This document shows, one piece after another, positions 42,836 to 53,242 of a stretch of 64,000 bases of DNA (the stretch's first letter is position 1; every line of letters begins with the position of its first letter). A model generated the notes under the pieces. It was not told the DNA's origin. It saw only the letters and a list, made by a program, of their open reading frames with translations, and did not search any database. The stretch comes from an uncultured delta proteobacterium (GTDB lineage Bacteria > Myxococcota_A > Polyangia > Polyangiales > B10-G4). Where the stretch lies: the NCBI GenBank assembly GCA_963727445.1, contig CAVSGI010000009.1, positions 768,001 to 832,000 on the forward strand. The letters are read 5' to 3'. The position numbers and the translations under genes are program-made.

Positions 42836-43948
42836 GTGAGCTACGCCGAGCCCGGTCGCCACGTGGTCATCACCGAGTACGGCGAGGACCCACTCGACGC
42901 GATCGAGAACCATCTGGTGATCGAGCCGCAGCCTGCCCCCGACCCGGCGGAGCTGGCCGCGACCGACGTCGTGATCGCCATCGAGAGCGCTGCCGTCGGT
43001 TGGGTCGACCTCTTGATGAGCAGCGGGCAGTACCAGCACATGGTCACGCCGCCCTTCACACCCGGTCTCGAGTACGCCGGCAGGGTGGTGTGGGCCGGGG
43101 CCGACGTGAAAGGGTTGTCGGTGGGGGACGCGGTCATGGCCGACGGCCTGACGACCGGTCCGCGCTCCAAGGGGGCCTACCGAAAGTACGGCGGCTTCGC
43201 CTCCTATGCGGTGGCGCCCGAGACCGCGGTGTTCCCGAAGCCCGAAGCGTTCAGCTTCGACCAGGCCTGCAACACCAGCGGCTACGAGACGGCCTATCAC
43301 GCGCTCATTCATCGGGGACGGCTGGCGAAAGGCGAGGTCGTGCTCCTGCACGGGGCCACCGGCACCACGGGGATCGCGGCGGTGCAGATCGCGAAGATCG
43401 TCGGCGCGACGGTGATCGCGACCAGCCGGAGCCGCGACAAGCTCGCGGTGGTGCAAGCCGAGGGCGCAGACCACGTCTTGTGCATCGCGGACGACGAGGG
43501 AGGCCTGCGACGATTCCGCGACGACGTGAAGGCGCTCACCGGTGGGCAGGGCGTCGACGTGGTCTACGATCCGGTGGGCGGCGAGATCTCCCTGGAGAGC
43601 CTGCGCTGCGTGCGCTTCGGCGCGCGTTTCCTGATCGTGGGTTGGGCGGCGACGCCGCTGGTCGCGAAGGGCAAGGGCGGGCGCGGGGCGCCGAACGCCA
43701 ACGTCCTGCCGACCAACCTGATCATGATGAAGAGCCTCGACGTCCTCGGCTGTCCGGCGGCGATCTCGGTGCACGCGAATCCCTCGATCCGCGAGGAACG
43801 TCTGAACCAGCTCGCCGCGTGGGTGGCCGCGGGGCGCATCGAGCCCGTGGTGTCGAAGAGCTACGCGATGGACGAGATCCGCGAAGCGCTCCGCGCGAAG
43901 TGGGAGAGCCGATATGCGGGCTGCTACGTGCTGCATCCCGGGCGCTAG
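42836..43948 (+). CDS. NADPH:quinone oxidoreductase family (MDR) protein
   Basis: PFTPGLEYAG, LHGATGTTG, GVDVVYDPVGG. Confidence 0.88.
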   Translation: MSYAEPGRHVVITEYGEDPLDAIENHLVIEPQPAPDPAELAATDVVIAIESAAVGWVDLLMSSGQYQHMVTPPFTPGLEYAGRVVWAGADVKGLSVGDAVMADGLTTGPRSKGAYRKYGGFASYAVAPETAVFPKPEAFSFDQACNTSGYETAYHALIHRGRLAKGEVVLLHGATGTTGIAAVQIAKIVGATVIATSRSRDKLAVVQAEGADHVLCIADDEGGLRRFRDDVKALTGGQGVDVVYDPVGGEISLESLRCVRFGARFLIVGWAATPLVAKGKGGRGAPNANVLPTNLIMMKSLDVLGCPAAISVHANPSIREERLNQLAAWVAAGRIEPVVSKSYAMDEIREALRAKWESRYAGCYVLHPGR

Positions 43949-43984
43949 CACTACGAACACACCGCCGGCTGCGGCGGTTGAAGC

Positions 43985-45590
43985 TCAGGGAGCCTGAGGC
44001 CTGAGGCTCACTGCGGGCAGCGGGACGTCCATCAGCTCGGGCAGGTTCTCGCGCCACCACACTTCGGCCTCTCGGGTCGTCCACGGATGCGCGCGCTGTA
44101 GCTCTTCGAGCCGGGTGCGCAGGGCGGCGGCGCTGGCCGGTCGGTCCGCGGGGTCCTTTTCGAGGCACCTCAGAGATCAACGCTTCGAGCGCCGCGGGGA
44201 TCGCCTGGTCGGTGCGCTCGGAGGGAGGCACCGGCGTGTCCCTCACGTGCTTGAGCGCCACCTCCATCGCCGTCCGACCGTCGAAGACCAGCTCCCCGGT
44301 GAGCAGGTAGTAGCCGACACAGCCGAGGGCGTAGAGGTCGATGCCGTGCCCGACCTTCTCCGAGAGCGCCAGCTCGGGAGCCATGTACGCGGGGGTGCCG
44401 GCAATCATGTTCTCCTTCGAGAGCTCGAGCTCGTCCGCGCTCATCTCGACGTCGGACTCGGGTTTCACCAGGCCGAAGTCCAGGACCTTCACGAAATCGA
44501 CCTCGGTGCCGAGGCGGCAGAGGAAGATGTTGGCGGGCTTGATGTCCCGATGCACCAGGCGATGCGCGTGGGCGTCCTCGAGGCTCAGGCACGCTTGCGT
44601 CAGCGCGTGGATCACGCGGCCGGGCTGGAGCGCACCGTGCTCCTTCACCAACGTCTCGAGGTCCTGACCTTCGAGCAGCTCCATCACGTAGTAGAAGGTG
44701 CCGTGCTCGCTCACGCCGAAATCGTAGAGCTCGACGGTGTGCGGCGAGCGCAGCACGCTGGTCGCCTGCGCTTCGCGCTCGAAGCGCCGGATGGCGGTCT
44801 CGGCGTCCTGCCCCAGGCTGTCCGAGGACACCAGCTTGATGGCGGCTGGGCGCGTCAGCATCTGATGCTTGCCGAGCCAGACCTCGCCCATCCCGCCGGC
44901 GCCGAGCTTCTTCACCAGCTGATAGGCGCCGAGGGTGCGCGCTTCCGTGAGCTGCACGCTCAGCCCGTGGACGATGTGAGAGACGGCGAGGGCGCCGAGG
45001 GCGGCGACGAAGGTCGGCAAGAGGATGAAGGTGACGTGCTCCATCGGCCGTCCCAGCCTCGCGCTGAGCCAGAACGCGAAGGGCAACGTGGCATAGCAAG
45101 CCGCCGTGGTCGCGATGCGTACCCGGGGCCGCGCCGGGATGGTCGCCGGGAAGAGCATGAGGAAGAGCGCCAGGACCGACATCCTCAGGCCTTCGGTCTC
45201 GGCGCCGCTGTTGAGCCACGTCTCGAGGAGAGAGACGCTGAGGCAGGTCGCGAATTCGAAGGCCAGCCCGACCCGCAGGACGATGCGGTATCGGGTGGAG
45301 CGCCGCGCGTAGAAATAGAGGACGAGGCAAACGGCGGCGTAGATGCCGCTGTAGACGTTGGCGACGAAGAGCTGCTGGTGCTCGAAGCCCGAGGGATCGA
45401 AGCGGAAGGCGACGTTTCGAAAGGCGGTCGACAGGAGGATCATCCCGCACATCAGGGCGGCGATCGTTCCCAGGCGGCGCGCGGCCTCCTTCTGGATCTC
45501 CGGGCCGAGGCCGCCCATGGAGCGCCCCGCGTTCGCACCCGTCCCGTCCTTCGCCTTCACGAGGGCCTGGGTGAGGGAGGAAGGCGCCAT
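43985..45590 (-). CDS. Membrane Ser/Thr protein kinase (N-terminal multi-TM); apparent +1 frameshift near 44168
   Basis: GAGGMG, HRDIKPAN, DFG, GTPAYMAPE; LISE joins CLEKDPADRP...PWTTREAEVWW after removing one base, stop at 43985. Confidence 0.88.
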
Positions 45591-45674
45591 CGGCGCGACA
45601 ATCCTCCCTCGCCCGGCCCGTGGCAAGCCCCGCGACGTGGACGTGCGCGCGATTACGGGTTAAAAGCGGCGTCG

Positions 45675-46103
45675 GTGCTCCGCGTCACCTTCATGTTCTT
45701 CGTCGCGCTGGCCTCGCTCTCGATGGGTTGCGGCGACGACCGCCCGATCCGCGAATGGAGTCCGGACGACCACGGCCAGCCTCAGGCGGGGGTGGAGGAC
45801 GGGCGGACGGCCCCGGACGGAACCCCGGCGAACTTCGACGAGGCCAGCGCCGTCGCGTCGCTCTATCGGGTGCGCTGCGCGAGCTGTCACGGCGAGACCG
45901 GGCGCGGAGACGGGATGGGCATCCCGCCGGGAGCCCAGGTCCGCGACTTCACCGATCCCGAGTGGCAGGGCTCGGTCACCGACGAAGAGATCGCGGTGGT
46001 GATCGCCCAGGGCCGCGGGATGATGCCGCGCTTCGACGACTCCATCAACGAGCGCGGCATCAACGGCCTCGTGGCGCACATCCGCGGCTTTGCGGGGGAG
46101 TGA
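45675..46103 (+). CDS. Monoheme cytochrome c lipoprotein
   Basis: SMGC lipobox; CASCH heme motif; GRGMMP distal Met. Confidence 0.85.
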   Translation: MLRVTFMFFVALASLSMGCGDDRPIREWSPDDHGQPQAGVEDGRTAPDGTPANFDEASAVASLYRVRCASCHGETGRGDGMGIPPGAQVRDFTDPEWQGSVTDEEIAVVIAQGRGMMPRFDDSINERGINGLVAHIRGFAGE

Positions 46104-46909
46104 TGGCGCTCACCCGCGGGGCGCCGCGCATCGCCTACGAGATCAGCGGCGACGAAGGGACGCCGGTGCTCCTGATCATGGGGCTCGCCATGCGCGGAGT
46201 CGTGTGGCGACCGCAGGCGCTGGCCTTCTCCCAGAGGCATCGGGTCGTGACCTTCGACAACCGCGGCGTCGGCGGCAGCGACCCCTTGCGCGGAGCGCTC
46301 ACCATCCGCGACATGGCCTCGGACGCCCTGCGCCTCGCGGGTGAGCTTCGTTTCGAGACCTTTCACCTCGTCGGGGTCTCGATGGGCGGGATGATCGCGC
46401 AAGAGGTCGCGCTGTCCGCCCCCGAACGCCTCAAGAGCCTGACGCTGATCGCGACCCACGCCGGGGGGCGGGGAACGCTGCTCCCGCCGCGCCAGGGGCT
46501 GCGCACCTTTCTCGAGGTCAACCTCGGGCGTGATCGCGATGCGCAGATCGCGGCTCTGGCCCGTCTGCTCTACCCACCGGAGTTTCTGGAGGCGGTCGAT
46601 CGCTCGGTGCTCGAAGAGCGCATGCGCGAGCGCACCGGGCAGCGCGTGCCCAGGCGCACCGTCGCCGGCCACGTCTCCGCGGTCATGCGACACCAGACCG
46701 CCGACCGACTCCACCGCCTCCGCATGCCCACCCTCCTGGTCAAGCCGGGCCGCGACATCCTGGTCAGCCCGACGGAAGTGGACCGCTTGAAGCAGCTGAT
46801 CCCCCACGCCGAGCTCGTCGAATACCCCGACGCCGGCCACGGCATCACCTTCCAGAAAGCCGCCGAGCTGAACGAGCGCCTCCTCGCGCATTTCGCCGAA
46901 CACGATTGA
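46103..46909 (+). CDS. Alpha/beta hydrolase
   Basis: FDNRGVG, GVSMGG nucleophile elbow, DAGH; TGATG coupling to the cytochrome gene. Confidence 0.9.
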   Translation: MALTRGAPRIAYEISGDEGTPVLLIMGLAMRGVVWRPQALAFSQRHRVVTFDNRGVGGSDPLRGALTIRDMASDALRLAGELRFETFHLVGVSMGGMIAQEVALSAPERLKSLTLIATHAGGRGTLLPPRQGLRTFLEVNLGRDRDAQIAALARLLYPPEFLEAVDRSVLEERMRERTGQRVPRRTVAGHVSAVMRHQTADRLHRLRMPTLLVKPGRDILVSPTEVDRLKQLIPHAELVEYPDAGHGITFQKAAELNERLLAHFAEHD

Positions 46910-46923
46910 GGCGGCCCCTGGTC

Positions 46924-49572
46924 TCATGGCTCGCGGGGCGGGGGATGCTCTGTGCTGGTGCGCAGCGGAGGAAGATCGACGACGAGCGTCCCTGCCGACG
47001 GTCTGAGGGCATCCGCCCAGGTCCCACATTCACGAATCCGCGGCAGGGCTGCGTCGATGAGTGGGTTCGATGGAAGCCCGGACGCGGCGCGCTCGAGCTG
47101 CGTGGCCATCTGCTCGCCGCACGCCGCGCCGAGTGCGTCGAGCGGATGGAGCGTCCGCGGGCGGGAGGGAATGGCGGCGAGTTGGGGCAGGTGCAACAGG
47201 AGCCACTGCCAGCTGTCTCGTCGCGTCTCCGCCATTCGGAGTCCGCGAGAGATCAGCTCCCCGAGTTCCCCGTATGGACCCTCGCTCGACAGGATCATGC
47301 TCCAGGCTCGTCCGCGCACGTCTGGATCGTCTGCTCGCGCCAGCGCCGACGAGAACACGCCGCGTTCCAGCCATCCTTCGACCTCTTCGGGGCTGGCCTC
47401 CTGAATCGCCACCGCTAGAGCGACGTCGCCCGGGGTCTCAGAGAGCGGGCGCCGCGGCCCTGGCACCTGCTCTCCATCCAGGATCGGAAGAGCGTGTCTC
47501 GATGCGTCGGCCCGCACACGCGGATTGCGCGCTTCGAGAGCGAGAAACGAGACGATCTCGGAACGCCTCGTCTCCTCGGTCCAGATCGATTCGTCGTAGC
47601 GGGAGATGAGCTCGTTCGAGACCACCGCGTCCAGGATCTCGCGCTGCTCGGCCGTGAGCACGTCGTTGCGGATCTCGGAGATCATCGCCAACGCGGCAGG
47701 GGCGATGTACTCGGAGCCGCGGTCCTGTGCCGTCGCGAAGAAGAGCATCTCGCGCACGACTTCCGCGACCGTGACTCCACCAGAGCGAGCGCGAAGACGC
47801 AGGTCTCCGAAGAGTGCGAACCGCTCGGCGATCTTCAGATGCGGCCAGCCGTGCTCGAGGAGTGCCCGAGCGGCCTCCGAGTCGATGCCGATACGAAAGA
47901 ATCCGACGCCTCCCGCGTTGGGCATGACCCAGACGGGGCACTGGTCGGTCTCGAGGGCGAGGGAGCCGCGCTCGTCGCGGAGCAGGGTGCACGACTCGTG
48001 ACTCTCTGCATCGGAGAGATAGCGAGCACACACCGGAATGAGCCAGCGCGTCGCCGCGGCCGCGTTCGTGGGGCGCTGAGTGAGCCGCAGCGTGGGCCGC
48101 GCTTCATCACAAGAGAGCGCCGCCTCGACGACGGGCATTCCCGGTTGATCCATGAACGTGCGAAACGCGTCCGCGAAGTCGGGCTGCTCGGCACTCTCCC
48201 CGATCGCCTCGAGATATTCGTCGAGGCTGGCGGCGCCCCACGCATGCTCGGTCAGCACCGCCTTCACTCCAGCCGCCATCGCGTCCACCCCTACCCATCG
48301 CTCGAAAGCGAAGAGCAGAGCGGTCGCGCGTGCTCTGTGGAGCGACGTGGGGCCGTCGAGCATCGTCCGGAAGTCGTACCGCTGCGCGGGGGCGGAGAGC
48401 ACCCGATGGCTGTGGCCGCGAATCGCGAGGACGCGCGCGGTGGTGTCCTGCACCTGCCCGCGCGGGACGTCCACCCCGCGGCGCGACCGCGCTGTCGCCC
48501 ACTCGGTGAACGCCTCCTTCACCCACTGCTCGTCCCAGCTGGAGAGACTGACCAGATCCCCCAACCACTGATGCGCGATCTCGTGGATGACGACCTCGCG
48601 CTCCCATGCCTCGTCGAAGAACCCCGGAGAGATGGCGATGGTCACCAGTGCCGCGTTCTCCATCCCGCTGACGGGCAGGTCCGGGACCAGCGCGAGCTCG
48701 AGCTTCGAGAACGGGAAAGGCACCCCGAGCAACCGCTCGACGACAGGCAATGCCCGCCTCGCCTCTTCGAGGATGCGCCTTCCGCGTGCTTCGTCGGTCG
48801 GGGGCGCGAGCACGCGAACGGGTAGAGCCGTCGCGCGGTGCGGGCTCGGAGGGATGTCTCCGGCTTGCAGAACGTGAAACGGTCCGACGACCCACCCCAC
48901 GAGGTACGTCGGGAGGGCGGCCGTTTCCTCGAAGCGGATGCGCAGTCGATCAGCGAGGTCGGTTCGCTGAGCGATCGGGGTGTTGCTCGCGGCGACGTAG
49001 CCACGGGGGATGTCGAGGGTCAGACGAAATGGCGTCCGGAATTTCGGCTCGTCGAAGCACGGAAACGCGCGCCGTGCGCCGGTGGGCTCGAACTGAGTCG
49101 CCGCGTAGTACCCGTCCATCCGTCGCGTCGCGAAGAGCCCGTCTTCGCCCGCAAGGGCGAAGTCTCCGGAGAAGCGCAGGCGCAGACGAACCCGACCGGG
49201 TCCCACCGGCGACCGAAACACGAAGTGACCGATGTCGCCCTCTTCGGTGGCTTCCCAAGACGCCCCTCGACGACGGCCCCGAGGGTCCCAGGCCGCCACG
49301 CCGGAGACGTGGAGGCCGCGCGCGTGGAGCGGGACCACGGAGATGCGGGCGTGAAGCGCGACGTCGATCAGAACCTCTCCCGAGAACGAAGCAGACTCCG
49401 GCGTCACCGACAACTCGAGCGCGTAGCCCAACGGAGTGGCGTCGGCCCGGAGCGGGGCCTCGGGCCTCGGGCTCTCCGCGCGCGCGCCAGAAGCGGGAGC
49501 CCCACACCCGGTCGCGAGGAGCAGAACAGCGGCTGTTCCGACTCCCGCGATTCCCACACGCCATCGTATCAC
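46924..49572 (-). CDS. M1 family aminopeptidase-like lipoprotein with ERAP1-like C-terminal domain
   Basis: TQFEPTGARRAFPCFDEP, GMEN, HEIAH-x18-E; ATGC lipobox. Confidence 0.85.
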   Translation of the reverse strand: MIRWRVGIAGVGTAAVLLLATGCGAPASGARAESPRPEAPLRADATPLGYALELSVTPESASFSGEVLIDVALHARISVVPLHARGLHVSGVAAWDPRGRRRGASWEATEEGDIGHFVFRSPVGPGRVRLRLRFSGDFALAGEDGLFATRRMDGYYAATQFEPTGARRAFPCFDEPKFRTPFRLTLDIPRGYVAASNTPIAQRTDLADRLRIRFEETAALPTYLVGWVVGPFHVLQAGDIPPSPHRATALPVRVLAPPTDEARGRRILEEARRALPVVERLLGVPFPFSKLELALVPDLPVSGMENAALVTIAISPGFFDEAWEREVVIHEIAHQWLGDLVSLSSWDEQWVKEAFTEWATARSRRGVDVPRGQVQDTTARVLAIRGHSHRVLSAPAQRYDFRTMLDGPTSLHRARATALLFAFERWVGVDAMAAGVKAVLTEHAWGAASLDEYLEAIGESAEQPDFADAFRTFMDQPGMPVVEAALSCDEARPTLRLTQRPTNAAAATRWLIPVCARYLSDAESHESCTLLRDERGSLALETDQCPVWVMPNAGGVGFFRIGIDSEAARALLEHGWPHLKIAERFALFGDLRLRARSGGVTVAEVVREMLFFATAQDRGSEYIAPAALAMISEIRNDVLTAEQREILDAVVSNELISRYDESIWTEETRRSEIVSFLALEARNPRVRADASRHALPILDGEQVPGPRRPLSETPGDVALAVAIQEASPEEVEGWLERGVFSSALARADDPDVRGRAWSMILSSEGPYGELGELISRGLRMAETRRDSWQWLLLHLPQLAAIPSRPRTLHPLDALGAACGEQMATQLERAASGLPSNPLIDAALPRIRECGTWADALRPSAGTLVVDLPPLRTSTEHPPPREP

Positions 49573-49694
49573 CGAGAAGGAAGCGGGCGTGTTTGCGTTT
49601 CGACGATGGGCTCGCTCGGCGCGTCCGGCGGCGTCGCCGGTTTCCTCGGCGCGCTCCTGCTGCTCTTCGTGACGTCCTTCGGACGCTGAGCCAC

Positions 49695-51365
49695 CTACGC
49701 ACGCCAGCGTCGCGAGCGTGCCACGTCCGCGCGATAGTCCGCGACGCTCGCCTCGCGCTCTTCGTCGGTCCAGTCGAGGAGCTCCTGCATGCGTGCGGCG
49801 ACGGTATCGAGGGCGCCGAGGCCCTGGTCGTGGTCGCGGTAGAAGAGCTGGGTGCGGCGGATCATCACGTCGCTGACCTGAGCGGCCAGCTCCTCCTCCA
49901 CCGCCCAGTCGATCTGGGCGACGATCTCGGGGCGGCCGGCGACGAGGCGCTCGGCCATGGCCGGGGCCGCCGCTGCGCGCGCGGCCAGCGCCTTGGCGCG
50001 GCCGCCGTAGGTGTTCGCGAGGTAGAGGGCGATGTCGGCCTCGAGGACGCCGCCGCTCGCCTCCGCGACCTGTGCCGCCACCGCGTCGTGGTCGTCGTCA
50101 TCCGGCCAATCGACGCCGCCTGGGAGCGGGACCTCGTCGGTGGCGGATGCCTTGATCGCCTTTCGGTCGACCGCGCCGGTGAGCGTCAGGAGCTGCACCG
50201 CCTTGTCCACCACCTCCGCCGACATGCGCCGGTAAGTCGTGAGCTTGCCGCCGGCGATGGTGATCAGCCCGTCCTTGCCGACGATGATCTGATGCTCGCG
50301 GCTCACCGCGCTCTCGGCGACCTCTTCGCCCGTCGGCTCGGGTGCGATCAGCGGGCGGAGGCCTGCCCACGTCGAGATCACGTCGTCGGGGGTCAGTTGG
50401 TGATCGGGGAAGTAGGCGTTGGCCGCGTCGAGGAGGTAGTCGATGTCCTCCCGCGTGGCGGCGAGGTCCAAGAGGTCCTCGTGGTAGTCGGTGTCGGTGG
50501 TGCCGACGTAGGTGCGATCGCCCCAGGGGACCGCGAACAGGACGCGATCGTCGTGGGGATGGAAGCAGACGACGGCGTGCGCCACCGGGAGCTTGTCGTG
50601 CTCGACGACGAAGTGCACGCCCTTGGTCGGGCGGAGCAGGGGCGCGCCTTCGCCGCGCGACATGGCGAGGGTGGCGTCGGTCCAGGGCCCGGTCGCGTTG
50701 ATGATGGCGCGCGCTCGGACCTCCTTGAGGTCGCCCGTCGTCGTGTCGCGCACCTCGGCGCCGCACACCCGACCCTGCTCGTCCTTGATGAAGCCCTCGA
50801 CCTTCGCGTAGGTCGCGATGACCGCGCCGTTTTGCGTGGCGTCGATCGCGTTCTCCAGCGTGAGGCGCGCGTCGTCGGTGGAGCAGTCGTAGTAGAGGGG
50901 CGCGCCGATGAGGCCGTCCTGCTTGAGGCGGGGTTCGATCTCGGCGATGTCCTTCGCCTTGAGGTTCTTGTGGATCTTCGGAGAGCGGAAGAGGGAGAGC
51001 CCGTCGTAGAGCCACATCCCCGCGTTGATCACCCAGAGCTTGTGCTTCGACCCCTCGAAGACCGGGAACAAGAAGCCGAGCGGGTTGACCAGGTGAGGGG
51101 CGAGGTCCATCAGGATCCGCCGCTCCGACACGGCCTCGAAGACGAGGTTGAACTCGTACTGCTCGAGGTAGCGCAGCCCGCCGTGGACCAGCTTGCTGCT
51201 CCGGCTGCTGGTCCCATAGGCCAGATCTCGCATCTCCAGGACCGCCACCGAGAGGCCCCTCTGGGCCGCGTCGCGGGCGATTCCGGCCCCGTTGATCCCT
51301 CCCCCGACGACGAGGACGTCGACCTCGTCCCCCAACTTCTCCCACATCTCCGCGCGTCTAGGCAT
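49695..51365 (-). CDS. glpD: FAD-dependent glycerol-3-phosphate dehydrogenase
   Basis: GGGINGAG, GTSSRSSKLVHGGLRYLE, DDARL, WAGLRPL, GGKLTTYRRM. Confidence 0.95.
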   Translation of the reverse strand: MPRRAEMWEKLGDEVDVLVVGGGINGAGIARDAAQRGLSVAVLEMRDLAYGTSSRSSKLVHGGLRYLEQYEFNLVFEAVSERRILMDLAPHLVNPLGFLFPVFEGSKHKLWVINAGMWLYDGLSLFRSPKIHKNLKAKDIAEIEPRLKQDGLIGAPLYYDCSTDDARLTLENAIDATQNGAVIATYAKVEGFIKDEQGRVCGAEVRDTTTGDLKEVRARAIINATGPWTDATLAMSRGEGAPLLRPTKGVHFVVEHDKLPVAHAVVCFHPHDDRVLFAVPWGDRTYVGTTDTDYHEDLLDLAATREDIDYLLDAANAYFPDHQLTPDDVISTWAGLRPLIAPEPTGEEVAESAVSREHQIIVGKDGLITIAGGKLTTYRRMSAEVVDKAVQLLTLTGAVDRKAIKASATDEVPLPGGVDWPDDDDHDAVAAQVAEASGGVLEADIALYLANTYGGRAKALAARAAAAPAMAERLVAGRPEIVAQIDWAVEEELAAQVSDVMIRRTQLFYRDHDQGLGALDTVAARMQELLDWTDEEREASVADYRADVARSRRWRA

Positions 51366-51456
51366 CGGGCCCTCTTTACCACCCAAGGCGCCCCGAGTCT
51401 CGTCGTGTCAGTTACAGTGGAGGCAGGTGGAGCGCAGCCACGACGATACCCGAACG

Positions 51457-53241
51457 ATGGTCTCGCCGACCGGGGTGGTGGCGATCCCGCCGACCTCTTT
51501 CGGCAAGTACACACTCGTAGCGAGGACCGGTCGCGGCGGTATGGCCGACATCTACCTCGCCATCGCCGCCGGTCCCTCGGGCTTTCGCAAGCTGGTGGTG
51601 ATCAAGCGGCTGCGCGAGGCCTACGAAGACGACCAGAGGCTGGTCGACATGTTCATGGACGAGGCGCGCCTCGGCGCTCGTCTCGAGCATCCCAACGTCG
51701 TCCACACCCTGGAGCACGGCGAGAGCGACGGCCGTCACTTCCTCGCGATGGAGTTCCTCGAGGGGCAGACCCTGGCGCGCGTGCTGCGGCGGAAGATCCG
51801 CGCGGGTGAAGAGGTGCCCGTCGATTTCGTCCTCCACGTCGCCAGCGAGGTGCTGGAGGGCTTGCACTATGCGCACGAGCTGCAGGACTTCGACGGCTCG
51901 CCCCTGAACGTCGTCCATCGCGACGTCACCCCCGCGAACATCATGATCACCTACCCGGGGGTGGTGAAGGTGCTCGACTTCGGTGTCGCCAAAGCGGCGA
52001 CTCAGATGACCGAAACCGATCCCGACGTTCGCAAGGGCAAGTTCGCCTACCTCGCACCGGAGCAGATCGAGGGGCGGGTGGACCGCCGCAGCGACCTCTT
52101 CAGCCTGGGGGTGATCCTGTGGGAGGCCCTCGCCGGGCGCCGCTTGTTCTACGCGCCGGATCCGGCGCAGACGATCAAGAAGACGCTCTCGGCTCCGATT
52201 CCACGGATCAGCATCGTCACTCGACGCAAGCTGCCCGACGGGGTCGACGACCTGGTGCAGAAGGCGCTCAAGCGAAACGCAGCGAATCGCTTCCAGACCG
52301 CACAGGAGATGCGCACGGTCATCGACCAGATCCTCACCCGCGACGGCCTCACGTTGCGGCGCAAAGACGTCGCAGCGTTCATGGCCGACACCTTCGCCGA
52401 TCTGCGGGAGCAACATGGCCGAGACCTGCAGGCGGCGGTGGGGGCGGGGCTCGAGACGGCCACCGCGATGTTCGAGGTGCTCTCGCCCCTCGAGTCTCCC
52501 AAGGTCAAGGAGACGGGACCCGGAGCGGCGACGACCGAGGACGACGCGGATGGGGCCGCGGGGTCGGCGGCGCTTCCCATCGAAGGCACCTCTCCGACCC
52601 TGCCCGGCGTGGCCGAAGAAGACAGCGTGGCCATCCCGGGCCTCGACATCTGGGTGTCGAAGCGGCGCGCGTGGATGGCCGGCGCGGGGGTGGCCGCAGG
52701 ACTGCTGCTCCTGCTGATCATCGCGCTCGCTTCTGGCGACGACGAAGAGCCAGAGCAATTCGGCGTGGCCGCTCCGCAGCAGACACGGCAAACCGAACAG
52801 GATCCGTCGTCCGAAGGGGGGGCGGCGCCCTCCGAAGCTCATCACGCGGGCGAGCCCCCACCGGCACGCCCCGAGCCCGACCTCGAGGCCTTCGAGCGCT
52901 ACCGCGTGGAGGCCCGCGAGGCGTACGCGGCCGGCGACTATCACCGCGCGGCCCGTGCCTACGAGATGGCGACGCAGATGAATCCCGTCCACGCGGGGAG
53001 CTTCGCCGGGCTGGGCGCCGCGTACCTCGCGCTCGGCAACGTCGACGAGGGCCTCGCCGCCTACCAGGAGGCGGTGCGTCTCGCGCCGACGCACTCCGGC
53101 TTTCACGCGGCGCTCGGGCGGGCCTATCGCCAGGCGGGCCACGACGATCTGGCGCTCGAAGCCTACGGCGAGGCGCTACGGCTCGACCGCACCAACCGCG
53201 CCGCGCGTCAAGCGCTGCGTGAGCTTCGCCAGGCCCAGTGA
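51457..53241 (+). CDS. Ser/Thr protein kinase with TM helix and extracytoplasmic TPR repeats
   Basis: GRGGMA, HRDVTPAN, DFG, GKFAYLAPE; TM; C-terminal TPR-like helices. Confidence 0.9.
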   Translation: MVSPTGVVAIPPTSFGKYTLVARTGRGGMADIYLAIAAGPSGFRKLVVIKRLREAYEDDQRLVDMFMDEARLGARLEHPNVVHTLEHGESDGRHFLAMEFLEGQTLARVLRRKIRAGEEVPVDFVLHVASEVLEGLHYAHELQDFDGSPLNVVHRDVTPANIMITYPGVVKVLDFGVAKAATQMTETDPDVRKGKFAYLAPEQIEGRVDRRSDLFSLGVILWEALAGRRLFYAPDPAQTIKKTLSAPIPRISIVTRRKLPDGVDDLVQKALKRNAANRFQTAQEMRTVIDQILTRDGLTLRRKDVAAFMADTFADLREQHGRDLQAAVGAGLETATAMFEVLSPLESPKVKETGPGAATTEDDADGAAGSAALPIEGTSPTLPGVAEEDSVAIPGLDIWVSKRRAWMAGAGVAAGLLLLLIIALASGDDEEPEQFGVAAPQQTRQTEQDPSSEGGAAPSEAHHAGEPPPARPEPDLEAFERYRVEAREAYAAGDYHRAARAYEMATQMNPVHAGSFAGLGAAYLALGNVDEGLAAYQEAVRLAPTHSGFHAALGRAYRQAGHDDLALEAYGEALRLDRTNRAARQALRELRQAQ

Positions 53242-53242
53242 T

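Noticed and set aside
48750..51809. 1019-aa + strand ORF and similar long antisense or off-frame ORFs throughout
   Set aside because: Shadow ORFs of well-supported genes, expected in high-GC DNA; Arg/Ala/Pro-rich without motifs
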